Part shown: positions 12,484 to 25,258 of the stretch, one piece after another
Layout: every line of letters begins with the position of its first letter
Position numbering within the stretch: position 1 is the stretch's first letter
Assembly (NCBI RefSeq): GCF_036321535.1
Contig: NC_087436.1
Location: 67,768,001 to 67,832,000, forward strand
Direction of reading: 5' to 3'
From: Camelus dromedarius
Taxonomy: Eukaryota
DNA length: 64,000 nt
Notes under the pieces: generated by a model
Seen by the model: only the letters and a program-made list of their open reading frames with translations
Database searches by the model: none
Told to the model about the DNA's origin: nothing
Position numbers and translations under genes: made by a program

Positions 12484-13199
12484 TATTTTACTTGATTGAA
12501 TGTTCAGCATTTTAATCCCTCTCCTGTGAACCTCTAAAGCATTTCTTCACTCCACCTACTTTGTATTTAACACTGTATGTGCTTCTTTTGTCTTAACAGA
12601 CTCAAGGATCTCTGAGAATAAACCTCAAACACACTTCAGTTTTGCAGTCCCCAAGACAGGGCATCCCACTGTTAGATAACCGTCAACAATTTTTTTTAGA
12701 ATTAATAACTACATGAAAATGAAACTAGTGAATAAGCACTGTTTTTTGTAATGGAAAGTTGCATTAATGGGTTACTATCCAAAAATATTCTAAAACCAGG
12801 AGGAGACTGATTTACCTACCAGTGGAGTAAGAGATAGAATGGCATTCTCTATGCTCTCTCCACCTGGGGTGAGGCAAACATTTTATGACTATTGCATTTT
12901 TTTTTATAAGTAGCTTTACCTCTATGTTTCAATTAGAGACATATTTGTTAATTGCCTGAAAGAGATATTTGTTGGAGTCATTTAACAGTTAATGGATTAT
13001 ATGTAAGAATGATCTATTAATTAACTTAATTAACTAACATATTAAATGCCTAGACTTCCCAAAATTCAGAGAGACACTTCAGCAGCTAAAGCAGACTATG
13101 GCTATCAATGCAGCCCAATTGAGACAGATCCCTCGGGAATACTTTTTATTCTGTCATATGCAATGTGTTAATGTCCTAAAATTTTTCTTTATTGGATCC

Positions 13200-13604
13200 T
13201 CTTTAACATGTTCCTCAGCTCACTCAGTAGAAACCAGAGCCCTGACACAGCCTATCATGACCCTAAGGATCTGTTCTTCAGTTACCTCTCTATTTTCCTA
13301 CTTCACTCCCTCCTCTCTTTCTCCACTCCAAACACACGGTCTGCTCATTGTTCCTTCAAACAGTGGACATACTCACACATTAGGACTATTGCATGGCCTG
13401 ATCCCCTCTGTCTATACTGTTCTTCTTTCAGGTATTCACATGGAGAACTCCCTCACCTTATTCAGGTCCATGCTTAACTGTCAGCTCAGGGAGGACCACT
13501 CAGGCTGCATATGTAAATTGCAGCTCAGTCCCCACAAATTCTCAATAGCCTTTTCCTGCTCTACTTTTTTCCCCCCATGGAATGTATCACTTTCTAACAC
13601 ATTT
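13200..13604 (+). mobile_element. L2a 3' region, 5' part (split by MLT1)
   Basis: ctccactccaaacacac...gttccttcaaac...ggactattgcatgg...ctccctcaccttattcaggtc are L2a motifs. Confidence 0.75.
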
Positions 13605-14619
13605 CAATGGATTACATTCCTGTCAAGCAAGTATTTACTTCCCTCCCGCTTACACTTTAGGGTGGAATATATCTTCCTTCACCACAGGACTTGATCCGGC
13701 CAGTGAAAGGTGCATGGATGTGATGTAAGCAAAGGCTTGTGAAGGAGAATTAATCAAATGGCCACACTTAGGCTAACAGATCGCTTATTCTTATGCTTGC
13801 CCTTAAAACAGTCAACTAACCTGACTGACTGGTTGCTACTCCCAGCTCCAGGTCCATTATTAAAATAAAGCTATTAATTTTACTGTTTCTACTTTATTCC
13901 AGTAATTGAAAGTAATAATAATGCTTGGTCTCTGAGTTCAATCACCAGGAAGAAGGTGACAGGACTGTAACCTTACAAAATAGCCTGAATTACCAAGAAG
14001 ACCATACCCTGGGCACTTATAAGATAAAGAGATCGAAAGAGTGACAACCACTAGCCTCTATAGACTCACCTGGAGACACCATGACATCACTCTGAGTCTT
14101 ATGAGAAGAAAATAATTCTGTTGATTGTTATCGATGCTTTATTGTTTAAGCTATGGCTATGTATTCACCCTGCCCCATCTCCAAGACGGGTTCACAGTTT
14201 TGAAGGCACTAACCTGCTGTGAGTCCCCTTTGCCTGGCAAAGCAATAAAGATGCCTCTTTTCTTCTAAGCTCCAAGACCCTGTCTCTGAGTTATTTGGCT
14301 CGTCAGGGATCGGGGCTGATCTTTTGGCAACACTTGTGCCAGCCTGTGAGGTTTGGTTTGTTCCTGGGACTTTCAGGTTCTGCTGTGAGAAGGACTCACC
14401 TGTGGAGCTGCTGGTTGATAGAGAACAAGGAAACCTATGGGAGAGAAGCCAGTCTGCAGCCTTGAGCCAAGCCCAGACTCCCCACAACCTAAAGCAGAGT
14501 GATCTGAGCCCACCCAGAGACCCAGGAGCAAGAAAAATCAATGTTGATTGTTCTAAGCCACAAAATCTTATAGAAACTTGTTAGGCCTCATTATTATGGA
14601 AACAGCTGACTAATGTACA
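13605..14619 (+). mobile_element. MLT1 (MaLR, MLT1G/F-like) LTR split by an ERV1 LTR
   Basis: ggccagtgaaagg...gtgatgtaagcaaaggcttg resumes after the inner LTR and ends ttgttctaagccac...aacagctgactaatgtaca. Confidence 0.75.
13740..14332 (+). mobile_element. ERV1 solo LTR (MER34/MER39-like group)
   Basis: TG...CA termini (tgaaggag...ttggcaaca) with an exact 4-bp TSD cttg at 13736-13739 and 14333-14336. Contains cctttgcctggcaaagcaataaag around the polyA signal. Confidence 0.9.
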
Positions 14620-14639
14620 CAGACTGTAATAGATCTGGC

Positions 14640-14776
14640 TATTTTATTTCCTATCTTTCTCCTTCCACTAAGACACAGGTTCCATGAAAGCAAGGGATTT
14701 GGTTTATTTTGAATTCCAAATGCAAAGGAAGTGGCATGTGGTAAGGACATAATTAGTAATTGTTGAATGAATTAAT
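14640..14776 (+). mobile_element. L2a extreme 3' end (continuation)
   Basis: ccactaagacacaggttccatgaaagcaaggga...tggcatgtggtaagg...ttgttgaatgaattaat. Confidence 0.75.
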
Positions 14777-14874
14777 ATATATTAGCTAATTTCTAAAGTC
14801 ACAGTGTACAATTAGGATGAGCCCTCATTCATACATAAAAGATACCTTTTTGTATTTGAAGAGTATCTAAAATC

Positions 14875-15091
14875 CCAAGAGGAATTTTTTTTTATTTGAA
14901 AATGCCAAAAAAATTCTAAAATGTATTTTGAAGACTAACATACAAGAATAACTAGAAAACCCAAAAGAGCTGAATAATGGTTAAGTCACTTACTTTACTA
15001 AATATTAAACCATATTATAATAGTACTATATTTGAAACACTGGCAGTAGCACATGAATGAACAAACATCTCATGAAAGAATAAAACATAAC
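14875..15091 (+). mobile_element. Ancient L1M(E) ORF2 fragment
   Basis: attctaaaatgtattttgaag...caagaataactagaaaa...aatattaaaccatattataa resembles a degenerate L1 ORF2 3' region. Confidence 0.5.
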
Positions 15092-18000
15092 TGCAGAGCA
15101 CGGCATCACCGAGACAGCAGAGTAGGGGACCACAGCTCTGTTGCCCCACCAGTATCAACAGACTGCTAGCTGTGGACAGAAACATCTCTGTGAGATCTCA
15201 GGATTCCATTTCAGACACTTCACCAACACAATAGAATAAAATTCCTGAGAATAACCACACTAACAAGGAAGGAGGAATAGTTTCATTTTGGCTGTATCAT
15301 TCCATCCCCCAGGTTGGCACTGCTCAGCACCAGGGAGGAACTACCCAGCTCAGAAGAGTTCCCCTCTTTAGGAAAGAGAGCACAGTGTGAGCTACCAGCT
15401 TCCCCAGCTTTTCAGGGCACTGCAGGAAGGACCTGCTTAGGTCTCAACCACCCAGCAGCCAGCAAAGCTGTGATGTACAGAGATGGCTGGAAACAAGAAG
15501 GAAAAGAGAGGGGCAACCAGTATCAGCCACTCAGTAGGAGTGACACAGTTTCCAGTGACTTGCTATACAGAGGACCACAGCACTGAAAAAAATAGCAGCA
15601 GTACAGCCACCACAAAGCCCCTACAGGTTTCACCAGTTTTAGCCTCACCAGTATTCACATTTGCAGAAATTACCATCTAAGTCTTTTTTCTGTCTCTTCC
15701 CCAAACCCTGCAGGAGGCGGGATCCATACTGGAGGCGAGTTCAGGCCTCTGCCACTGCACAAGTGCAAGACACCAACCTAGAACCCCAGGGGCTGAGCCC
15801 CATTGCCAGGTACACACGTGGCACTAGCCCTCCCACTGCGCACTTGCATGCTGCTGCCCTGAATTCTGTCACTAGCTTTTACTGCCATCTGCACACCAAT
15901 GGTGACATCCTGCAGCCATGGAAGGGCATGCAGACAGACAGGGTACCCACAGCTACTCATAGGCCTGAATTTGACCCTATAGTCAGTCACTGGCCTGCAC
16001 CACTAGGCTCACATGCAGCTAGCCCCTCCAGCTGTACACCTGCATGAACCGTCACAAAGCTATCAGTACATTTCTCAGAAACCTGGCAGGTCAAGTGAGT
16101 GGGATGATATAGTCAAAGTAGCATAAAGACAGAAAAAAATTCTAACCAAGAGTAATTTACCCTGCAAAGTTGTCCTTCAGAAATGAAGGTGATACAAAGA
16201 CTTTTCCAAACATATAGTTCATCACTACTAGACCTGTAATACAAGAAATTTCTTCAAGCTGAAATAAAAAGACACAAATTTGTAACAAGAAAACATATAA
16301 AAATATACAATACACTAGTAAAAGGAAGTATGTCATCAGATTCAGAAGACTCTAATAGTGAAGTATGGTGGTGTGCTAGCCACTTCACTCTAATATAAAG
16401 TTTAAAGTACAGAAACATTAAAAATATTTATAGCTATACAAATTTGTTAATGGATATACAACATAAAAAGATGTAATTTTTGACATCAAGAACATAAAAT
16501 ATAGGGGGAGTAAAAAAGTGGAGTTTTTCAATATGATTGAAGTTAAGTTGTTATCAGCTTAAAACAGACTGTTATATCTATAAGAGGTTTTAAAGTAAGC
16601 CTTAGTGTAACAACAACAAGAACAAAGCCTATAGTAAATGCACATAAGATAAGGAAAAAGGAATCAAAGTATACCACTGCAAAAATAATAAATTCACAAA
16701 GGAAAAGGCTAAGGGAAAAAGAAAGGAACCAAGGAATTACAAATTGGCTAGAAAACAATGAACAAAATGCCAAGAGTAAGTCTTTACATACCAATAATTA
16801 CTTGAAATGTAAATGGATTAAATTTCCCAATAAAAAGCCATAGAATGCTAAATGGATTTAGAAAACAAACGAACAAAAAACCACCAAGATCCAACTATAG
16901 GCTCCATGTAAGAGACTCACTTCAGCTTAAGAAAGAACATACATAGGCTCAATGCGAAGGGTTGGAAAAAGATATCACCAGAAGAGGAAACCGAAAAAGA
17001 GCAAGGGTAGCTTTATTTTATCCGACAAAATAGACTTTAAGTCAAAAAGTATAATTAGAGACAAAGAAGATTATTATATAATGATATTATATAATGATAA
17101 AGGGGTCAAGAGAATATAACAATTATAAATATATACATACCCAATATCAGAGAACCTAAATATATTAAGCAAGTACTAACAGATATGTAGGGAGTAATAG
17201 GCAACAATACAGTAATAGTAGAACACTTTAATACCCCAAGTTTAAATGATGGATAGATCATCCAGACAGATCAATAAGGAAACATTGGACCTGCGCCATC
17301 CTTTACACCAAAAAACCTATCAGACATATACAGAACACTCCATCCAATAGCAGCAAAATACACATTTTTCTCAAGTGTGCATGGACCATTCTTCAAGAGA
17401 GATCATATGTTAGGTAACAAAATAAATCTTAGCAAATTTAAGAAGATTGAAATCATATCATCTTTTCTGACCACAATGGTATAAAACTGAAAATTAATAG
17501 AAGGAAGAAGTGGTGCTAAGAGGGAAGCTCATAGCAGTAAATGCCTAAATTGGAAACAAAAGAAGGACCTCAAATAAACTACCTAATGTTAAACAACAAA
17601 AAAAAAAACAACCTAACTTAAACACACGCATGCGCACACACACACACAGCCCAAAATTAGCATACGGACAAAGATAACAAAGAGAGCAGAAATAAATGAA
17701 ATTTTAAAAACTCTAGAGCAGATCAATGAAAATAAGGTTTTTTCAAAAGATAAACAAACTTGACATTTAGCTAGACTAACCAGGAAAAAGAAAGAGTAAT
17801 CAAATAAATAAAGTCAGAAATGAAAGAGAAAACAACTGAAACCACAGAAATACAAAGAATCAATACTGTAAACAATTATATGACAACAAAGGGGATGACC
17901 TAGAAGAAATGGGTAAATTCTTAGAAACAGGCAACCTATTACATCTGAATTTCTTCATAATATATTGAAATCTGAATAGACCAACAAGTAAGGAGACTAA

Positions 18001-20672
18001 ATCAGCAATCAAAACTCTCCTAACAAAGAAAAATCTAGGCCTATACAGCTTTACTAGTGAATCCTACCAAACATTTAAAGTAGAATCAATGCCAGTCCTC
18101 AGAGTCTTCCAGAAATCTGAAGAGGAGGAAACACAAATTAATTTATGAGTCTAACATTACCATGTTACCAAAGGCAGATAAGAACACTATGAGAAAACTA
18201 TGAACCAATATCCCTGATAAATATGATGCAAAAATTCTCAATGAAATACCAACAAACCAAATTCAATAGCACATTAAAAAGTTCATACACCATGATCAAG
18301 TGAAATTTATCCCTGAAATGCAAGAATGGTTCAATATGCACAAATCAATAAATTTGATAATCTACATTAATAGAATGGAAGACAAAAATCATATGATCAT
18401 CTCAATAGATGCAGAAAAAACACTTGACAAAATTCAGCATTCTTTCATGATAAACACTCTCAAACTGTATACAGAAAGAACATAGAACTCAATATAACAA
18501 AAGGACAAGCCAACAATTAACATCATACTCAACTGTGATAGGTTAAATAAAGGCTTTCTCTCTAAGACAGGAACAAAACAAGAGTGCCTTCCTTCTCTTG
18601 CCACTTTTATTCAACACAATACTGGGAGTTCTAGCCAGACCAAATGGGCAAGAAATAAAAGGTATCCAAATGAGAAAATAAGAAGGAAAATTGTCTGTTT
18701 GTTGATGACATGATCTTACACATAGAAAATTAGAAAGACTCCACCAAAAATCTGATGGAATAATAAACTCAGTAAAATCTCAGGATACAGAATTGACACA
18801 AAAAAAATCAGCTGCATTTCTATACACTAACAATGAAACATCTGCAAAAGATATAAAGAAAAGAATCCCACTTACAATAGCCTCAAAAACAAACAAAAAT
18901 ACTTTGGAATAAATTTAACCAAGGAGGTGAAAGATCCCCTTTCTGAAAACTACAAGATGTTGACAAAAGATAACAAAGAAAATGCAGATAAATGGAAAGA
19001 TATTCTGTGTTCATGGATCAGTAGTGTTAATATTGTTTAAAAGTACCCATACTCCCCAAAGCCATTTATAGATTTAATGCAATTTCTATCAAAATCTCAA
19101 TGGCATTTGTCACAGAAATAAAAAAAAATCCTAAAATTCACATGGAATTAAAAAAAAAGGATCCCAAGTTCCAAAGCAATCTTAAGAACAAAGCTAAAAG
19201 CATCACACTTCTTATTTCAAATTATATCATGAAGCTATAGTAATTAAAACAGTATGATACTGAAATCAAAAACAGACACAGATCTATGGAATAGATTTAA
19301 GGGCCCAGAAATAAACCCACACATATATGGTCAATTAATATATGAAAGGGAGCCAAGAATCCTAACTTGGAAAGTGATAGTCTGTTCAATAAATGGTATT
19401 GGGGAAAATGGAATTTCAAATGCAAAGGAATAAAATTGGAACTTTACCTTACAACTCTCACAAGAATTAACTCAAAAGGGATTAAAAACTTGAACATAAG
19501 ACCTAAGCCATATAACACCTAGAAGAAAACATAGGGTAAAAAACTCCTTGTCTCCATCTTGGGCATGATTTTTTTGGTTATGACACAAAAAGCAAAAATT
19601 CAACAAGTGAGACTGTATCAAACTAAAAAGCTTCTGAACAGCAAAGGAAACACAAATAAAAGAAAACCCTTTCATCATGAATAGGAGAAATATTTACAAA
19701 CCACATAAGGGTTAATATCCAAAATTTATAAGAAACTCATATAACTCAGCAGCAAAAATATAAACAATCCAATTAAAAAATGGGCAGAGGACTTGAATCC
19801 ATCTTTCTCCAAAGATGACATACAAATGGCCAACAAGTACAAGAAAAGGTGCTCAACACCACCTTTGCATCAAGGAAATGCAAATCAAAATCAAATTATC
19901 AAAAAAAACCCCAAATTATCACACTTATTAGAATGGTTATCATAAAAAAGGCAAGAGGTAAGTGTTGAAGAGGACATGGAGAAAAGGGAACCCTCATGCA
20001 CTGTTGATGGGTATGTCAATTGGTATAGCCATTATGGGAAACAATATGGAGGTTCCTCAAAAAGTTAAAAATAGAACTACCAAATGGTCTAGTAACCTCA
20101 CTTCTAGTTATATTTCCGAAGGAAATGAAATCACTATCTTGAAGAGATATTTATACTCCAATGTTTATTGCAGCACTATTTATAATAGCCAAGACATGGA
20201 AACAACTTAAGTGTCTATTGATGGATGAATGATAAAGAAATGAGGTGTAAGTATACAACAGTATTATCTGGCCACAAAAAAAGGAAATCTTGTAATCTGC
20301 AACAACATGGATGGACCCTGGGGGCACTATGCTAAGTGAAATACGTCAAACAGAAAAATACTGTGTGCTCCCATTTATATGTGGATCCTAAATTCTCTGA
20401 ACTCAGTAGAATTGTGGTTGCCAGGGGCTAAGGAGTGGGGACTGGGGAGATAGCAGTGAAAGGTACAAGCTTTTAGTTATAAAATGAATCAGTTTTGAGT
20501 AATGTTCTTATCATAACAAGAAAATGATAATTTTGTGAGGTAAAGGATATGTTAAGTAACCTTACTGTGGTAAGCATTTTGCCGTATATACATGTATCAA
20601 ATCATCACACTGTACACATTAAACTTACACAATATTACGTGTCAATTATATCTCAATAAAGCTGAAAAAACA
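15092..20672 (+). mobile_element. Near-full-length decayed LINE-1 (L1MA9/L1MA10-like 3' end) with 5'UTR, partial ORF1 and disrupted ORF2
   Basis: GC-richer 5'UTR 15092-16050, ORF1 3' part from ~16060, then ORF2 endonuclease and RT remnants (ORF 18300: [22 protein letters not shown]). 3' end gtcaattatatctcaataaagctg; TSD aaagaataaaacataac / aaagaaaaaacataac. Confidence 0.95.
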
Positions 20673-21247
20673 AAAGAAAAAACATAACCAAATATTTTCT
20701 GATATCTCTATCCTCTTTCCTTTGTGCTACACACTCATCACTGGCAGCAAAGAGTTTGAAAAACTCAAGGCTAGTGTCTCCCAAGTGCTAAAAGCCCAAT
20801 CCAACCTAAAATAACCAAAATCACAACAAGCCCCAATGCCTCCTTCCCAGGTTCCTTTTAATTGGACAAATGGACACAGTTTATTGTCACTGTTATTAAG
20901 AGTATTACGGAGAAAAAAGCAGATTGGTACCTTACTCTCATTTTTTTTCACATTCTATGCATCTTCTTTTATCACACAAGATTCTTCACCTCAATCCTTT
21001 TCCCCCAAGTTGAGGTTATAAGATCTCTGTCCTGTTAGGAGCATCCTTTGTGTAGAAGTGATAATGTTCATTTAAAAAACATTATCAACCAGTGGATTCC
21101 TCATAATAAACTCAGTGGCATGTTCTGTTTGTGCAGTTGATTCTCAGAGTTCTCCTCCTATTTCACCCTTATTCTTCATCTTCATGATTACACAATGTAC
21201 CTTCACAGGTATCTTCTTATAATTTATGTCTCATATAAATTATTCAC

Positions 21248-21667
21248 TGTATTGGTTTTCTACTGCTGTCATAACAAACCACCACAAATTCAGCAGCTTA
21301 AACAAATTTATTATCTTGCATTTCTCAGGGTGTCTGCAGGGCCATGTTCTTCCCTGAATGCTCTATGGGATATCGTCTACATTCCTTAATTGTCTTCCCC
21401 TTCTTTTGTTTCCCAGTCAGCAGCATCACATTTCATGGACTCTCCTTCCATTGTCAAATCTCTCTAAAGTTAGCCAGGGAGGATTTTTGCTTTAAAGGGC
21501 TCATGTGATTAGATTTGGCCAACTGGATAATCTGGGATAATTTTCCATCGCAAAATCTATATCCCTATTGCAAAGACCCTTTGACACTTTTGCCATCTAA
21601 CATAACAGTACGGTTTCCAGGAATTGTGCTTGGACATTTTTAGGGGTTTATTATTCTGCCTATCAGA
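21248..21667 (-). mobile_element. MLT1D-like MaLR LTR
   Basis: tgtattggttttctactgctgtcataacaaaccaccacaaa...ttattctgcctatcaga with an exact 5-bp TSD ttcac on both sides. Confidence 0.9.
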
Positions 21668-22371
21668 TTCACCATGACCTTTTCTCCCAAATATGGAAAT
21701 TTACTACATGAAATCTCAAATAATGTAAAACCCAGATGCAGAATTCCACACATACATTAAAAAAAACTTTAATCATATTCAATTTATGTATTAACAATGT
21801 CATATATTTCTATATACCACTATGCCAAATTTCCTTCTGATCAATATGCACTCATTATAACTTAATACTTGATTTGAAATAAAGCATTAATATTTTATAA
21901 GAAAGATAGAGGTTATTCAACTGGTGTTATTAAAATGGATTATTGGGAAACAAGTACATTTATATCCTCATTTGAGAAATCATTAGAATAAATAAAGATG
22001 TAAATTATAATAAAATGATCAAAGGGAAGGCTGGCTGCAACTGGCTCTCTGCTTTGGAAGCTCAGGGGTGCCCTTCTTTCCATTTTCAGGGATAATCAGT
22101 CCCTGAGGGACTGTCTTATGCTAACTAAACAGAGGAGACTGAAGGAAAAAAACAGATTGCAATTTTTTATTAATTAAAGTGAGAAATAAAGTTGTCATAG
22201 GACCTGAAATTCAGAACTTATGTCAGATCAAGCAGCAGATCTTCGTAGTCTAGTTATGCTACCTGGAAGTTATGTTACTATCAGTTGTCACTTTATTGTA
22301 GTAACAAATAATTTTCCCAGCGGCATAATGCTCATAGACTCTATAAGCAGCCCTGTTTAGTTTTATTGTAG

Positions 22372-22404
22372 GATATACACCCGGGATTCCCAACACCAAC
22401 ACAG
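22372..22404 (+). other. Candidate 33-nt micro-exon
   Basis: Acceptor ttttattgtag and consensus donor cag|gtgagt; no stop in any frame. No product recognised. Confidence 0.25.
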
Positions 22405-25130
22405 GTGAGTTTAAAATGCATAAAAGAGGCTTGAAAATAATTCAAATCATTGGCTCCAAAGTGGCACATTTCCCTTCAATTCAAATGTCACTGAATATGA
22501 AATATTCAAAAGGATTCGCAACATATAGGAAAGGAGGATTGAGCAAAGCAGTCAGTCCTTGGCTGGGCACAGCATGTTAAAGACAACAAGGACAAGGAGA
22601 AACATGTAAACAAGGTGTGGAAATTAACCAAATATGAGTATCTCTTTAATCACACTTGTAATGTATAGCCTTGACTACTGTTTTTTCTTTTTAAAAACCT
22701 GCCTTGTTGTCAATCACACTGAGGACTTTAAGACCTCTTTGTCATAACACATCCCACATAAAACTCCCTCGAGGTTTGCAGTGACATTTCAATGCACAAT
22801 ATCTGAAAGTAAAATAGATGGTTGAGATGCAATTTTAATTTTTCATCTTCTGATTTTTCTTAAGAAATAGACTTATACAAAGCCAGTAAGGAAATGCAGT
22901 GACTTAGCCACTCATCCACCTCTGTTCTTTAGACTATGCTTAATTAGTCCAATACTAATCTGTAGTAAAAGAAATTAAGAAATTTTGAAATACCCACAGA
23001 TATTAGCATTTTTTAAAAAATTTTAATGGTATGCCGCTCTCCTTAGTTTTTAAAATCTTAAAGGTTTCTTTTCCCTAGAGGGATTTCAGCCTATGTCTTT
23101 GAAGGCCTTTTTCTGCATCTCTCTTCTTTGGGTTAGTGATAGTTAAATTAATGTTACTTTCCCAGACTTTACTCCTATCTTGGTAAAAGTTCTTTCACTA
23201 AACCCTTACAACTCCAGAAACAAAATTTCCCAACAATATAAGGGGCTTCCTCCTTTTTACAGACTCTCAAACTTATTAGAAATTACATTTTAAAATATGT
23301 CTATCCAAATATTTTTGGTATGTATGACGCTACTATTGGCAAAACTTTTAATACGGGTCTAAGTAGGCTTCTAATTTTTTGCCAAGTATTATGATCTTGT
23401 GAGATAATAAAAATGCCCAGTTTTTTTTTTTAATAAATGAATTTTTCCTAATTAGTTTGTGCACTCTTTTGGAATAAAATCTGGAAATGTGAGAGGTACT
23501 GGGGAAATTTAGCATTTATACCAAAAACAAACTGGAATAGTGCAGGACACAGAAATGTTTTTATAAAATTGTTTTTAATCTTTGGGGAATACAAGCATAC
23601 ACTTGGGAAGCTTAGTAGAAGAGTACATGTTTCAGATGACAGGGTGCTTTTCTATTCAGCATGACGGCTTGGGGGAACAAGTTATTCTGAAGTACATCAA
23701 GGCATCATTAGAGCTAACACTAGATAATTTCTAAAAATAAATGACTATTATTTGTGGTTCAGATGTTCATCCTAAGCAATAAAATTGGGCTTGAAAACTT
23801 CTATTGTGTTGAAATAAATGAGCATTTTTAAAAAAGTTTTCCTTTATTGTCCTATTCTCCATGGCCAAGTGTCTTTCTTCTGGAATCTCACTGATTCTTG
23901 TTATCCAAACAAGAAATTATCTTATCTTTATTTCTAGTATCTCCAGCTTTCTACATATTCTGTTCCTTCAGCATTACCTAAGGTCAGTTTTAGAAACTAG
24001 GAAAGAGGAAGAAACATGAATCAAACAGTAAAAGTTACAGGGCCAGAGGAAATTAGATGATTTTGTACTTCCTGAAATTTAAAGGGGTTTATAGCTTTTT
24101 CTATCGTAGCAGCCTGAATTTGATCACTTAATTACAATACAATGTTCTTACAAAAGGTACATTAACCAAAAGAGAAAAACCGAAAGAGTTTGTATAGTGT
24201 TTATTCAAAACTTTAGAAGGATAATTAAAATGTATGAATCACCATAAATCATTCTAACCCTGAAGCTACTCAGACCCTTCTCTTGACATAGTAAAAGAGT
24301 GGCAGGAAAATAGCCTGTTTCTGAAGAGGTTTTTCCTCTTCCCTTCAGGTTTTCTATTTGCATTCTCACATTTAGCTTGTCAAACTGAATGGATTAGAAT
24401 TAAATTGTAAATGAGACTTTTTTATTTTCCTCCTAGAGAAGGATGAGAGTGGTTTAAAACCTGTTCACTGCTTTAGCACATGATGTAATAAAACTGGTTT
24501 AAAAGTTACATCGACACGTATTCTTTAAATAATCTTTTTAGACTAGAAAAATTGTTCTCTTCTTCCTCTAATAAAATCCTCTTAATTTTTCAATATATTT
24601 CTTCCAATTTGTGTTCTTCAGCTTAGTTCTACTATGAGGAATAGAGCTGCACATGATCAGAAAACATCTATAATCAATAATTTATTAATTTCCTTTGGAG
24701 ACATAGATCTAATGCTGAATAGGCAACAAAACCTTGTCATATTATCTGACCTAAGCTCTTCATTAACACAACTATTATAAACTTAGGATTTGTATTGACA
24801 CTTTTCATAAACAAAAAGGATTTAATTTTTTTTTTAATGAACCCAAAAAACTTTGACCGATACCCTAGAAAACTAAACATTTCTGTCCTACAATTGAACA
24901 GTAAGAGAAATTTTTGTATCTTCAAATTCCTCTATGTAGTTTGGAATATTAAAATGACTATAAAATATTTAGAATATTTCATGCTTCTTTTTTTTTTTTA
25001 ACTTGACATAAGGGTTGTCTATATAAAGATTGACAAATAATAGTTCTGGTGGTGACTCCACAACTACTGTAGTAAATTGCAAAAGATGATATTCTCTTAG
25101 GTATACTCAAACAGATACTAACTAACTAAA

Positions 25131-25258
25131 TGGATCTATTTCACTAGAATCACTATTACACTTGTGTGTGTGGTTGTGTGTGTAATTACCAGCTGAAATA
25201 AATACTCCACTCTAGGAGCTGTGCATGAATACAGAACACTAAGGTAAGCTTGGAATCA
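25131..25258 (+). repeat. Dispersed direct duplication, copy 1 (~128 bp)
   Basis: Nearly identical to 27196-27322, with about 3 differences by eye. Confidence 0.95.

Noticed and set aside
13098..13694. 198-aa ORF, the longest in the window
   Set aside because: It lies almost entirely within decayed L2a/MLT1 sequence and shows no recognisable domain; most likely a chance ORF.
18300..18485. Reverse-transcriptase-like peptide
   Set aside because: A short remnant of a heavily disrupted L1 ORF2, so not an active or novel RT system.
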